Positions 1 to 11,104 of a stretch of 64,000 nt of DNA are shown here, piece by piece. The first letter of the stretch is position 1, and each line of letters starts with the position of its first letter. Source of the stretch: Cyclobacteriaceae bacterium (lineage in GTDB: Bacteria > Bacteroidota > Bacteroidia > Cytophagales > Cyclobacteriaceae); assembly GCA_012033595.1 (NCBI GenBank), contig JAAUQL010000012.1, forward strand, positions 7,208 to 71,207. Direction: 5' to 3'. Position numbers and translations under genes: made by a program. Below the pieces are notes generated by a model that saw only the letters and a list, made by a program, of their open reading frames with translations, was not told the DNA's origin and did not search any database.

Positions 1-220
1 ATTCCATGCCAATGGTAAATAGCAGGATGATGACACCGATCTCGGCCATCAATTCTATTTCGTGCCGAGCGTGTATCAGAGATAGTACGTGGGGTCCGGC
101 GATTACACCGGTCATCAGGTAGCCTACCACATTAGGTACCTTTATCTTGGTAAATACTAAATTGACAAAAGTGGACAAGGCAAAGATTATGACTATGTCC
201 TTGAGAATAATCGATTCCAT
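1..220 (-). CDS. Cation:proton antiporter (CPA2/Kef family), 5' part; runs off window
   Basis: Manual translation from ATG at 220: MESIILKDIVIIFALSTFVNLVFTKIKVPNVVGYLMTGVIAGPHVLSLIHARHEIELMAEIGVIILLFTIGME, matching CPA2 motifs PxxVGYLxxGxxxGP and AExGVxxLLFxIGxE. Confidence 0.85.
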   Translation of the reverse strand, partial: MESIILKDIVIIFALSTFVNLVFTKIKVPNVVGYLMTGVIAGPHVLSLIHARHEIELMAEIGVIILLFTIGME

Positions 221-381
221 GTGCTGACCTTCTACTTTAGTGATAAAATAAGCAAATAGATATCAATCGAATGATATAATACAGGAAAAAGAAAATATTT
301 ACTGGTTTTTTAGCAAAAAAGTGGGGCAAAGATGCTGGAGAGATGATTTTTTGACAAAGACTCAAGCTGACGATTGTGGAA

Positions 382-825
382 CTACAACCTGTTCAATTCT
401 AGTTTTATATCTGCCCGGGTACCCGCTGTTGCCCATTGCTCTCTAATGATAAAAAGCTGACTGCCTTCTTCGGGTAGCTGAACAATTTCATACTTTTTAA
501 CGCCGGTAACCGTCGATAGAAAAAGCAGGGAATTGCCCTTATCGAGCGACCAACTGCCTTCTTCGAGTTGTCCGTCATTTTGGGTTCTTTGATACGTGCC
601 GTCGATATTGAGGGTAAGCTTGTGAAATGATGGATGGTGCAAGGCAAGCTCCTCTTTGCTTTTGTCAACATTCACCACTTCCCAGGTATCTGATATCATG
701 GCATTGTTGACGGTATCCTTGTTGAAATCATGGTCTGAAAAAATTATCGCCCAAACAACGGCTTGCAAAACCATAAAATTAAATATTGTGGATTTCATGC
801 TAATATAAATAATACCCTGTTTCAC
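382..825 (-). CDS. Hypothetical exported protein, lipocalin-like domain
   Basis: N-terminal hydrophobic segment, then TW..LTLNIDGTY..EEGSWSL pattern typical of Bacteroidota lipocalin-like beta-barrels. Confidence 0.5.
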   Translation of the reverse strand: MKQGIIYISMKSTIFNFMVLQAVVWAIIFSDHDFNKDTVNNAMISDTWEVVNVDKSKEELALHHPSFHKLTLNIDGTYQRTQNDGQLEEGSWSLDKGNSLLFLSTVTGVKKYEIVQLPEEGSQLFIIREQWATAGTRADIKLELNRL

Positions 826-1446
826 ATTGACGGTACAATTTTAGTCCGAAATATACTCAAATAACTTTCAGTATGGGGGCGTACATTATAAGTGTATGTT
901 TTACCTATAACTTTTCATTAAAAGTCTTTTAAGCGACCCTTCCTTTTGCCGAATATATATGCCTCATTTTCAGCCATTATGGCATACGGATCAGACTTTT
1001 TGAATTATGTTATCAAATCCGAAACATCTTAAAATAATTAAGTATTATTTTATTCAAATGTAAAAAAACACTACCGATTGTTGCTGGTTTTGGGGTAGAA
1101 GCAGGGTTTATTCTGCTTTTTTTTCTAAAAAGTCATGGCGACTTTCATGCTTTTGGCAACCTGCTGATACTGAGCGTGACAAGCAGACGACTTCCTTTTT
1201 TTTCATATTCTGTTTTTTGCTGATGTTGAAAATAACTAAGGTCGTGAACATTTTTGTAAGCATGAGGCCATACCCAGCCAATTCGTCAATTTTCTCGATG
1301 CAAAAACTTTATACACGAAAGCCTATTATTACGCCCTCCACGTCTGTTTTAAATGCACATATTTTCTACATGACAATGAGCGCCCGGCCTGGATTAAACA
1401 TGCTTCAAGGCTATTCTTTACTGGTGGACACACGTGACCGAAGCTA

Positions 1447-2547
1447 CTACTCTATAGGCACAAATCCGGGCGCCATCGCGGCTCTTGGCTGTCCACCGCC
1501 ACCGCGCGCCTTATCGCTGTTGTTGTCTACGACATGGAGATTTTTTATTATCCTGTCCATATCTTTTGACCAGGGGTGGTGCTGATCTGACTGCGAAAAT
1601 GAAAAACCCCATTGCTGCTCAAATTCTTCAGCAAATCGACCGTCAGGCCCCCATTCTGTTACCAGAGCATATACATCCCAGGCTGTATCATCCACAATAT
1701 ATGCCCCATAATCCTGAAATGCCACCGCCAGGATTTTGGCAGCTTCTGTTTCCAATCCGAGTGAGGCAAGATCGAGGCGGGCAGGCAAAGCCAAAAGCGC
1801 ACCCATTCGGCAGGCTTTTACCGTGGGGTTGGTTCTTTTGGTATAATACTGTTGTTCGGCATAGCCATCAGCTCTTTTTGCCGGCCATCGATATCCTTTT
1901 GTTTCCTGGTCATAATATAGGTTTTTTGCCGCATAGAGATTGATCTTGAGCGCATGCCTGATCGGCCCTGAGCCAGGCAACAATTCGCCATAGCGCAATG
2001 CGCCACCTATAGCCGAAAGCCCCGAGCCACCGTGCGCCCCATACGTCCCTTCCCCATAAATATCCACCTCTTCGAAGACATAGCGCGAAGTGGCCGGGTC
2101 GCCTGGTACACAATGTGCAAAAGGTTGGGTTTGCTTGATGGTACGCTTATCTGGCATCAATACTGCCATGCCAGCATTGGGCGTGGCACCATCCCAGGTA
2201 GTGGGCGAAACGACGAAATCCTGGGGAATTGGTGCCGAAAACAATAATTGGCCTTCTGCCGGGCACCGGTCTTTGGTGCGATCCCACTCTGCAAAATTCT
2301 CATAAATATCCATCAGCTCAGCATCAGGTGTCATCACAATATAATCTTCATCGATGGTCATGCCGGCTGCTTCAGCCAACTCTATTTGCGCCGGAACATA
2401 TATGGCATCATATCCAATGGGGGTATTCCAAATTGAATTGGCAGAAAATGGCCATTTAAATGGATCGCGTAAGGCAGGTTCATTTGGCTCTTGCTTATTG
2501 CACGCGAAGGCCAACATAGCCAGAACTATACTCATTAATCTGTTCAT
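1447..2547 (-). CDS. Uncharacterised lipoprotein, possibly carbohydrate-active
   Basis: 366 aa ORF with lipobox LAFAC; enzyme-like motifs WPFSANSIWNTPIG, GAHGGSGLSAIGG, YGAYIVDDT; co-oriented with GH43. Confidence 0.6.
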   Translation of the reverse strand: MNRLMSIVLAMLAFACNKQEPNEPALRDPFKWPFSANSIWNTPIGYDAIYVPAQIELAEAAGMTIDEDYIVMTPDAELMDIYENFAEWDRTKDRCPAEGQLLFSAPIPQDFVVSPTTWDGATPNAGMAVLMPDKRTIKQTQPFAHCVPGDPATSRYVFEEVDIYGEGTYGAHGGSGLSAIGGALRYGELLPGSGPIRHALKINLYAAKNLYYDQETKGYRWPAKRADGYAEQQYYTKRTNPTVKACRMGALLALPARLDLASLGLETEAAKILAVAFQDYGAYIVDDTAWDVYALVTEWGPDGRFAEEFEQQWGFSFSQSDQHHPWSKDMDRIIKNLHVVDNNSDKARGGGGQPRAAMAPGFVPIE

Positions 2548-2783
2548 TGTTTTACCTATACAGTTTATATCCTAAAGTTGCGCCTGCTGATAACCCAAAT
2601 CATCATGTTTCCGGGTAATTCACCAGGGTTTTGTTTTATTCTTATGCCGCTTTTTAAATGCACATTCAAAAATAAGGCAAATAAACTTGCACGTGAACCT
2701 GTGATGAGAAACTAAAAATAGTAAACAAGCAGCGAATCAACCTGCTTCTTGCCACCCATACTTGCACTGCGATCCGGGAATAA

Positions 2784-3930
2784 TTACTGCATGGAAAAAA
2801 CGCTCAAGTCCCAGCTATCCATCCAACTCAGTGTTGGATTTCCTTCTTCATCCCATTGTAGGGGCAACCATACGTACCTGCCATCAATGGGGTTTTTGGG
2901 GTTCCACCTATCGGCCATAAAAACGAAGGCGTCCTTTTCGCCGCGAATTGGCAGCACAAAGGTGCTCTGCGATTGAAACGTAAGGTCGGCACCTTCTCCC
3001 CTGCACGGATTACCCAGCTCTGTCCAGGGACCAAATATGGCTGGAGCCCAGGCCGAGCGTGCCGCATTGGGTGCCCATCCGGTGCAGTCGGAGGCAATCA
3101 AATAATATTTACCATCCTTTTTGAACATGGCTGGCGCTTCCATATACCTGTTGGTGAATATGCGCACGTATTCACCATTTTCCGACAAATAATCATCAGA
3201 AAGTCGGGAAATGTGCAGGGTACTGTTTTCTTCTGAGGAATAAATATGATAAGCAATCCCATCATCATCAACAAACAGGTTTTGATCACGGGCCATCTGC
3301 CCAGCTTCAAAATCGCGCCCTAGCAGATTGAGCGAGTCTGGAGGTGCCGGCAGACAACCATATCCACCGCAATAGAACGGTTTGATGGTATCCGACACCG
3401 GCAGGTGATGAAAATCCTGTGCATTTTCGGCCAGAAACCAGCATTGGGTCGCACGTTTTCACAAATTCAAATGGCCCTGTTGGCGAATTACCCACCGCCA
3501 CACCCGACTGTGCCGCATCGTAACCCTGGCCTGCAAGCTCCAGGTGAAACCACATTACATAGTTGTTGTTTTGTTTGTTGTAAATCACCTTTGGCCTCTC
3601 TAAAATACAGCCTTTGGTAATGGGAGATTCCGGGTCATCCGACACTGTCAACACAATACCTTCATCCTGCCAATGGTACAAATTGCGCGAGGAATAGCAG
3701 TGAACACCCACCTGGGCAGTGTTGCCGATTTCACCTTCTATTTTGTGTTCCCCATACCAATAGTACACGCCATCATGCTCTAAAATGCCGCCACCATGAG
3801 CATTGATATGAACGCCCTGATTATCGGGCCAAATGCCGCCCGGTACAATCACCGGCTTATCAACTGATTGACACGAAAAGGCAAAAACCACCAAAAAGAT
3901 AAAAAACCCACAAAATCGAATCCTGGCCAT
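2784..3930 (-). CDS. Glycoside hydrolase family 43 lipoprotein (GH43_24-like), split by frameshift near 3430-3460
   Basis: INAHGGG, YYWYGE and LERPKV in 3307..3930; ARDQNLFVDDDG, EAPAMFK, SQST and MADRW in 2784..3398; lipobox FAFSC. Confidence 0.85.
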
Positions 3931-4026
3931 TGTCGTATTGATTTCTATTTTATTTTAAACTTTAATTAAACATATAAATAATATTGATTCGCAGATATTT
4001 ATAGCCTGCCGATTAACTCAAATTAA

Positions 4027-5358
4027 TCATATTTCCGGGTAATTCATCATGCCTTTATGCTGCTCAGAATCAAGTGGTTCTTCCAGAAGTTTCTTTACAA
4101 AACGGGGAAGCACAAAAGCAGCATGATGCATGTCAAAATCATAATATTGCAAATGGTGGCGCAAAGAAAATTCTTGTATATCAGCTTTGCAAAGCCAGTT
4201 CAATGGATCAATACCTCCTTTGGACGAAAAGGAAAAACTCCACATTCCCGAAGGAAACGAAGGGAGGTACATCAGGTAGCAATGTACATGGGCTTCTCCG
4301 AATATCTGACGATAGCTACGAAATACCTCCATAAACACGTTTTGGTTGTATCGTGGAGATTCGCTTTGAGTCACCATCACACCTTGTGGGCGCAGAATCC
4401 TATAAATATCGCTGTAGAAAGCTTTTGTAAACAACCCTGCCCCGGGGCCAACCGGGTCATCTGAATCCACAATGACAATATCATACACACCATCTTCACA
4501 AGACCGAACAAACTCCACTCCGTCGAATACTTTGATATGCACCCGGCGGTCGTGTAGCGAAGAAGCGATATTGGGCAGATAGGCCATGGCTACTTCCATG
4601 ACCTGTGCGTCGATTTCCACCAGGTCGATTTCCGCTATCTCTTCATGCCTCAGCAGCTCCCTTACGGTGCCGCCGTCGCCTCCGCCAATTACCAGCACCC
4701 GCCGCGCATGGCCGTGGGCGAAAACAGGAACATGGGCTATCATTTCATGATACACATATTCATCTTCTTCTGCACACACTATCTTGCCATCCAACACCAA
4801 TACCCCACCAAAAGCTTCCGTATGATAAACCTCAATTTTCTGATGGGCCGATCGCTGGCAATACAGACGTTCGCCACTGTGCTTTAGCGAAAGCGCTATA
4901 TCTTCGTTGCGCTGAGTAAACCAGATATTCCTGGATGTTTTTATGCTTTTTGGCTTCTCGGTTTGCGGCTCACTTCGGACTTGTGGTGCGTATGATGGCG
5001 GAGCAAGCAGGGAGTTTTGTCCGCGATTCAACTCCACAGTCGATCCGGTCGCCGCGCCAAATGCTTCCTTAAGAAACTGATAGGCGATCCAGGGGTCTAT
5101 GGTATCGCCACAGGTATAGATATCGATGGAAGCATAGCCGAATTCGGGCCAGCAATGAATGGAAAAATGGCTTTCCTGAATGACTATGACCCCTGACACC
5201 CCAAAAGGAGAGAAATGATGAAATGTAGAGTTGATGACCGTAGCCCCTGCCCTGTCTGCGGCAGCGAGCATGGTTTTTTCCACAAAAGACACATCGTCTA
5301 TTTTATCGATTTCGCATTGGTACAACTCTGCAATGATATGGCGGCCAAGGGCGATCAT
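4027..5358 (-). CDS. speD-speE: Fusion of pyruvoyl-dependent S-adenosylmethionine decarboxylase (SpeD/SpeH) and spermidine synthase (SpeE)
   Basis: N-terminal LGRHIIAELY..HHFSPFGVSG..QESHFSIHCWPE..DIYTCG; C-terminal YHEM, VLVIGGGDGG, VEID, DIVIVDSDDP; start at 5358 overlaps the sixA stop (ATGA). Confidence 0.92.
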   Translation of the reverse strand: MIALGRHIIAELYQCEIDKIDDVSFVEKTMLAAADRAGATVINSTFHHFSPFGVSGVIVIQESHFSIHCWPEFGYASIDIYTCGDTIDPWIAYQFLKEAFGAATGSTVELNRGQNSLLAPPSYAPQVRSEPQTEKPKSIKTSRNIWFTQRNEDIALSLKHSGERLYCQRSAHQKIEVYHTEAFGGVLVLDGKIVCAEEDEYVYHEMIAHVPVFAHGHARRVLVIGGGDGGTVRELLRHEEIAEIDLVEIDAQVMEVAMAYLPNIASSLHDRRVHIKVFDGVEFVRSCEDGVYDIVIVDSDDPVGPGAGLFTKAFYSDIYRILRPQGVMVTQSESPRYNQNVFMEVFRSYRQIFGEAHVHCYLMYLPSFPSGMWSFSFSSKGGIDPLNWLCKADIQEFSLRHHLQYYDFDMHHAAFVLPRFVKKLLEEPLDSEQHKGMMNYPEI

Positions 5359-5864
5359 CCGTTGTTGTTGGATAAGTCTTCCGGAGAGAGATAGTATTCG
5401 AAGCTGGCGTTTTCCTGCGATATCAAATTCCAGTCGCAAGCACTGCTTGCTATCTTCACTACACTACCGGGCTCCATGCCATCGAAATGGTATTCTGTGA
5501 GGTATTCTACAAAATAGGTCAGCACCGGATTATGACCCACTATAGCCACGGAGTTCCAGTCATCATTAAATGTTGATATGAGGTTTTCCAATATCCTTAC
5601 CGAGGCTTCATATAACTCTTCCTCTACTTTTATCTTGGCGATATTGTAGCTGATGCGATCGGCGATTAGTTCGGCAGACTGCCTGGCTCTGGTAGCATTG
5701 CTGCACAGCATGGCATCGATTTCGATATTTTTTCTATTGAAATAAGCCCCTATCCGCGCGGCTTGCTGCAGGCCTTCGGCGGTCAGTTCACGGTCTATGT
5801 CCCGCGAGCCTTTATCGGAATCTTTGGCTTTGGAATGCCTGATAATATATAGTGTTTTGCCCAT
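5355..5864 (-). CDS. sixA: Phosphohistidine phosphatase, SixA family
   Basis: LYIIRHSKA, DRELT, SNATRARQS, VGHNP motifs. Confidence 0.85.
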   Translation of the reverse strand: MGKTLYIIRHSKAKDSDKGSRDIDRELTAEGLQQAARIGAYFNRKNIEIDAMLCSNATRARQSAELIADRISYNIAKIKVEEELYEASVRILENLISTFNDDWNSVAIVGHNPVLTYFVEYLTEYHFDGMEPGSVVKIASSACDWNLISQENASFEYYLSPEDLSNNNG

Positions 5865-5973
5865 GTTGTGTTTGGTGAAGTGGCCATCCTACAGGGAGCC
5901 TCCCAATGAACGGTTTGCGATTTTAATAAATTTTTATTGATATTTGAGCCTTTATAAAAAAAACAGATTGTAA

Positions 5974-8288
5974 ATGTCGAAGAACCTAGTTATTGTAGAG
6001 TCACCAGCAAAAGCCAAAACGATAGAAGGATATTTGGGCAAGGATTATAAAGTAGTTTCTAGTTATGGACACGTCAGGGACCTACCCAAAGGCGACATGG
6101 CAATTGACATAAAAATGGTTTTAAACCCACTTACGAGATATCCAAAGACAAAAAAGAAGTCATCAAAAATCTGAAATCGGATGCCAAAAGTGCTGAAATG
6201 ATCTATCTGGCGAGTGATGATGACCGCGAGGGAGAGGCCATTTCCTGGCACCTCAAAGAGGCGCTGAGCCTGGATGACAAGCAAACCCGCAGAATAGTTT
6301 TCAGGGAAATCACAAAAAATGCCATTCTGAATGCCATCAAAACACCAAGAGGGCTTGATCTGGATCTGGTTAATGCCCAGCAGGCACGCCGCATTCTCGA
6401 CAGGCTGGTAGGTTTTGAAATCAGCCCTATTTTATGGAAAAAGATCAAAAGAGGCTTATCAGCCGGCAGAGTGCAATCCGTAGCAGTCAGACTGGTAGTA
6501 GAGCGGGAACGTGAAATAGAGAAATTCGATGCTAAATCATTTTTCAAGGTCACGGCCCTATTCGATTTGGAAGAAGGCAAAAAGCTGAAAGCTGAACTTG
6601 GCAAAAAATTCGACACCGAGCAGGGAGCTGCAGATTTTCTAAATAAATGCCTCGGAGCGACGTACAGCATCAGCAATCTGGAGAAAAAACCAGGAAAAAA
6701 AACCGCTGCCGCTCCTTTTACCACTTCTACCTTGCAACAGGAAGCCAGCCGAAAACTTGGTTTTTCGGTTTCTCAGACCATGTCTGTGGCTCAAAAACTA
6801 TATGAATCGGGTAAGATTTCTTATATGAGGACTGACTCCGTCAACCTGTCTGACGAAGCCATAAATGGTGCCAAAGCAGCCATTGAACAGTTGTATGGTG
6901 CTGATTATGTCCATACTCGGCAATACAAAAACAAATCGAAATCTGCCCAGGAAGCGCACGAAGCCATAAGACCCACCAGTTTCATGAATCAGGAAGCCGG
7001 CTCCAATTCCAATGAACAGCGTTTGTACGACCTTATTTGGAAGCGCACCGTGGCCTCGCAAATGGCCGATGCACAAATAGAACGGACCATTGCCACCATT
7101 GCCATAAGCACCACACCTGAAACCCTCACTGCCCAGGGCGAAGTGGTCAAGTTTGAGGGCTTTTTAAAAGTTTATATAGAATCGACCGATGATGAAGAGG
7201 GCAATGGCGAAGATTCGGGCATGCTGCCCCCACTCAATATTGGCCAGCTTTTAGCACTCGACCATGTGCTGGCTCGCGAGGGTTTTACCCGCTCAGCAGC
7301 AAGATATACCGAAGCCAGCCTGGTGAAAAAACTGGAAGAAATGGGCATTGGACGACCCTCGACCTATGCGCCAACCATCACCACCATTCAGAAAAGGGAA
7401 TATGTGGTAAAAGAATCCAGAGAAGGCATAGAGCGCGCTTTCACGGAATTGATCTTGCAGCAAAATAAAATTTCTAAAAAGAAAAAGACCGAAATGACCG
7501 GTGCCGAAAAGAACAAACTTTTCCCCACCAATACCGCCATGATCGTAAACGACTTCCTGATCAACCAATTTCCCAATATCATAGATTACTCCTTCACGGC
7601 TAACGTAGAAAAGGAATTTGATGAAATAGCCAGCGGAAACCTGCAATGGGACAAAATGATTGGCAGTTTTTATGGAAGCTTTCACACCGACGTGACCAGC
7701 TCCGAGAACATCAGCAAAGTGGATATTGGCGCTTTGCGAGAGTTGGGGGTGGATCCGAAAAGCGGTAAAAAAGTTTATGCACGACTGGCTCGATTTGGCC
7801 CATGTGTACAACTGGGCGAGGTTGATGAAGAAGAAAAACCCCGATATTCGAGCTTGCGCAAAGGTCAGCTCATCGAAACCATCACGCTCGAAGACGCCCT
7901 GGAGCTTTTCAAACTACCACGCATAGTCGGGACTTTCGAAGGGGAAACCATCGATGCCAATGTTGGCCGTTTTGGCCCTTATGCCCGGCACAAGGGCAAG
8001 TTTTACGGTCTGTCGAAAGAAGACGACCCGCTGACACTCACCGAAGAGCGTGCCATAGAAATCATAGAAAAAAAGCGTATCGACGATGCCGGAAAGGTGA
8101 TCAAATGTTTTGATGAAAATGAAGAATTCCAAATCCTAAAAGGCAAATGGGGTCCCTATCTCAAGGCCGGCAAGAAGAATGTGAAACTGCCTAAAGACAA
8201 GGAGCCGGCAGACCTTACGTACGAAGAGTGCTTGACACTGGCAGAAAGTGCCCCCACCAAAAAGAAAGTGGTAAGAAAGAAAAAATAA
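5974..8288 (+). CDS. topA: DNA topoisomerase I, split by 1-bp frameshift in A-run near 6112
   Basis: [55 protein letters not shown]-terminal GRFGPY repeats. Confidence 0.97.
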
Positions 8289-8986
8289 TGTCAATGAAGA
8301 AAATCGTAATCCTGTCAGGTGCGGGCGTAAGCGCTGAAAGCGGTATCAAAACCTTCAGGGATAGCGGCGGATTGTGGGAAGGTTACGATGTGATGGATGT
8401 GGCATCGCCCGAAGGCTGGGCACGCGACAAAAACATGGTGCTCAATTTTTACAACGAGCGACGGAAAAACGCCCTCGCCGCCCAACCCAATGAGGGGCAC
8501 AAGATCATTGCCGCGTTGGAACAATACTTTAAGGTCACAGTAGTGACTCAAAATGTGGACAACCTGCACGAAAAAGCGGGCTCTACCCATGTCATTCATT
8601 TACATGGCGAACTATTCAAATCGCAAAGCACTATAGATCCGGGGCTGATCTATGATATCGAAGGCTGGGAGCTTAATGAAGGTGACACCTGCGAAAAAGG
8701 TTCACAGTTGAGACCGCATATTGTTTGGTTTGGAGAACTGGTGCCAATGATGACCAAAGCGGTGGAAGAAACCATCTCTGCCGACATATTTATCGTGATA
8801 GGAACTTCCTTACAAGTATATCCTGCCGCCGGACTGCTGGAATATGTACCCTCCACCAAGCCTAAGTTTATTATCGACCCCAAAATGCCGGTTTTGCCCT
8901 TTAGACCCCACCTCACCCTGATCGAAGAAGTTGGCAGTGTGGGTATGAGTAAAGTTAGGGATATCTTGCTGGAAGAATATCGCTGA
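8288..8986 (+). CDS. cobB: NAD-dependent protein deacylase (sirtuin, class III)
   Basis: GAGVSAESGIKTFR, TQNVDNLHE, HLHG, RPHIVWFGE, GTSLQVYPAA; ATG at 8288 overlaps the topA stop. Confidence 0.92.
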   Translation: MSMKKIVILSGAGVSAESGIKTFRDSGGLWEGYDVMDVASPEGWARDKNMVLNFYNERRKNALAAQPNEGHKIIAALEQYFKVTVVTQNVDNLHEKAGSTHVIHLHGELFKSQSTIDPGLIYDIEGWELNEGDTCEKGSQLRPHIVWFGELVPMMTKAVEETISADIFIVIGTSLQVYPAAGLLEYVPSTKPKFIIDPKMPVLPFRPHLTLIEEVGSVGMSKVRDILLEEYR

Positions 8987-9225
8987 TTTGGATTTGGATA
9001 GCGAAAAGGAAAACACCATTATTCTGAGTTTGCTTCAACATAGCTTGGGAAGTCCGTAGCTCTGCAGACCTTGCATCGCCTATGCTTTATATACTAAAGC
9101 CCAAAAAACCCATCGGCAAACTATAACTCGAGCATTGCAAGGTATAATTATTACCTCCTTTTCCGTTGTTCATAATAATGAAATTAAAAAGTTGTTATCT
9201 TTGAATAACCTGTAACCATATATTT

Positions 9226-10763
9226 ATGCTTGTTTTTATGAATCTACGCATTTTTTTATCCGTCCTGATTGTCACATTGAGTACCCTTAGCGGATATGGC
9301 CAACTCACCAAGACCATAGACTACAATGCCGATAGTACCATACGTGGTGAAGGCATGGTAGATCAGGCAGGGCTTAAGCAAGGCAACTGGTCTTATTACA
9401 ACCTTTCGGGAAATATCGTTCAAATGGGCAAGTTTGAAGATGACAAACGAACCGGAATGTGGCTTGCCTATGATAATCGCGGCAATGTAATTATGGAAAC
9501 CAATTTTGAAAATGGCATTTCGAAGGGCATATTGCGCACCTACTATCCTGATAGAAAAATAAAAGAAGAAGGTGAAATATATGACAACCAAAGGATTGGA
9601 GATTGGAAAGAATATTATCCTTCCGGAAAAATCAAACTGTTGGGCAACTATCACAAAGGCTCCAAGGTAGGTAAATGGCGCAGCTACTATGAGTCGGGTC
9701 GACTGCAAAGCGAAGCCTTGTACACCAATGATTTGCTCAATGGCATCTATACAAAATACTTTCCCATACTTGGCACCAAAGAACTGGAAATGGAGTACAA
9801 GATGGGCGAGAAATATGGCAAATATGAATCTTACTACGAAAACGGCCAACTGAAACGGACAGGAGTATATCAAAATGACCTGGAAATCAGCAGTTGGAAA
9901 GAATACTACGACAACGGCTTTATCAAATCTGAGGAAAAGTATGCAAATGGTATGCCCACCGGCACCTGGACATATTATTACCCTTATTCTGGCATTCTCA
10001 AAAAAATAAGCTTTGAAAATGGCTTGCCCCAAGGGGAATATATTGAAAATTTTCCGGATGGAAGCAAAAGTGTAAGAGGCCAGTACAAAGATGGCATGCG
10101 CACCGGCATTTGGTACAACTACCACGAAAATGGCAAAATATACTCCTTTGGAGCCTATGCAGATGATATGCGCTCTGACAATTGGAAATACTTCGACGAC
10201 AAAGGGAACCTGCTCGCCGAGGGCAAATTTGAAATGGATAAAGAACACGGTCAATGGTTTTTTTATCATCCTAATGGGGTACTACGCGCCATCGGAAACT
10301 ACATTTATGGAGAGGAAGACGGTCTATGGGGAAATTTTCATGAAATGGGATACTGAAAATGGAGGAAAACTGGAGTACAGGCAAACTGTTGTCAACCGGC
10401 CCATACATTACCGCTTATGGCGATACACTTTCTTCAGGCAACCTCCAAGGTGGAGAGGGAATTTTGAAAAAATACCACCACAACCAGCAACTTCAAGAAG
10501 AACTGACGTATAAAAACGGACTAAAAAACGGCCTGGCAAAATTATATACTGATAAAGGTGACCTTGCCGCTGAAGGTCAATATGTAAATGATAAAAAAGA
10601 AGGACTATGGAAATTTTACCATAGCAACGGAAACGTAGAGTCGCAGGGCAATTATAAAGATGACGAACCTGAGGGTCTTTGGATATTTTTCAATAGGTCA
10701 GGCACAGCCATCGACAAGAAAGATTACACCAAATTGAAAAAACTGGAAGAAAGCCTGGACTGA
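9226..10763 (+). CDS. Exported MORN-variant (YwqK-like) repeat protein, split by frameshift near 10345
   Basis: Signal peptide, then many GxWxxYYxxG repeats continuing across ORFs 9226..10356 and 10359..10763; TATCTTTG promoter element at 9196-9203. Confidence 0.85.
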
Positions 10764-11104
10764 CAAAGCCAAGTGAGACACCAGATCAAAAACGCAAAAC
10801 CGATCAGCAAAAAATATCAATAAAAAACCTGAACGGATGTCGTGTATGAGGGGCTTTGGTTTTGATTTATGTAGTTGCAAGTACCTTTTTCATACAAAAC
10901 AGGAGTGATGGTAGTTAATCTAAGGGTTGTAGCCGGCTTCAACGTTGTAACAGTTTGATAAGTTTGAAGCCCGCAACCACCCAATGCACTGAAAGGCCAT
11001 GGTTGTTCCACCCACTTCCCAGCGAACCCCAGCTGTTTTGTCAGTCCTACGCTCGTTTTCTCCTAATTTTTCCAATCACAAATTTTTACCTTATTAAGCT
11101 GGAT

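Noticed and set aside
826..1446. Long intergenic region as ncRNA or dif site; ORF 1217..1585
   Set aside because: No recognisable RNA fold or XerC/D consensus; the ORF overlaps a real gene and lacks protein-like features
5974..6200. Programmed ribosomal frameshift in topA (also ilvD, leuA)
   Set aside because: Same single-base-loss pattern in many unrelated genes; sequencing error is simpler
9226..10763. YwqK antitoxin of a toxin-antitoxin pair, and the 337 aa antisense ORF 9256..10269
   Set aside because: No toxin neighbour and the protein has a signal peptide; the antisense ORF is a shadow of the repetitive coding strand
10764..11104. Imperfect hairpins (GGCTTCAA..TTGAAGCC) between convergent genes as a structured RNA
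   Set aside because: Explained adequately by termination; no family features
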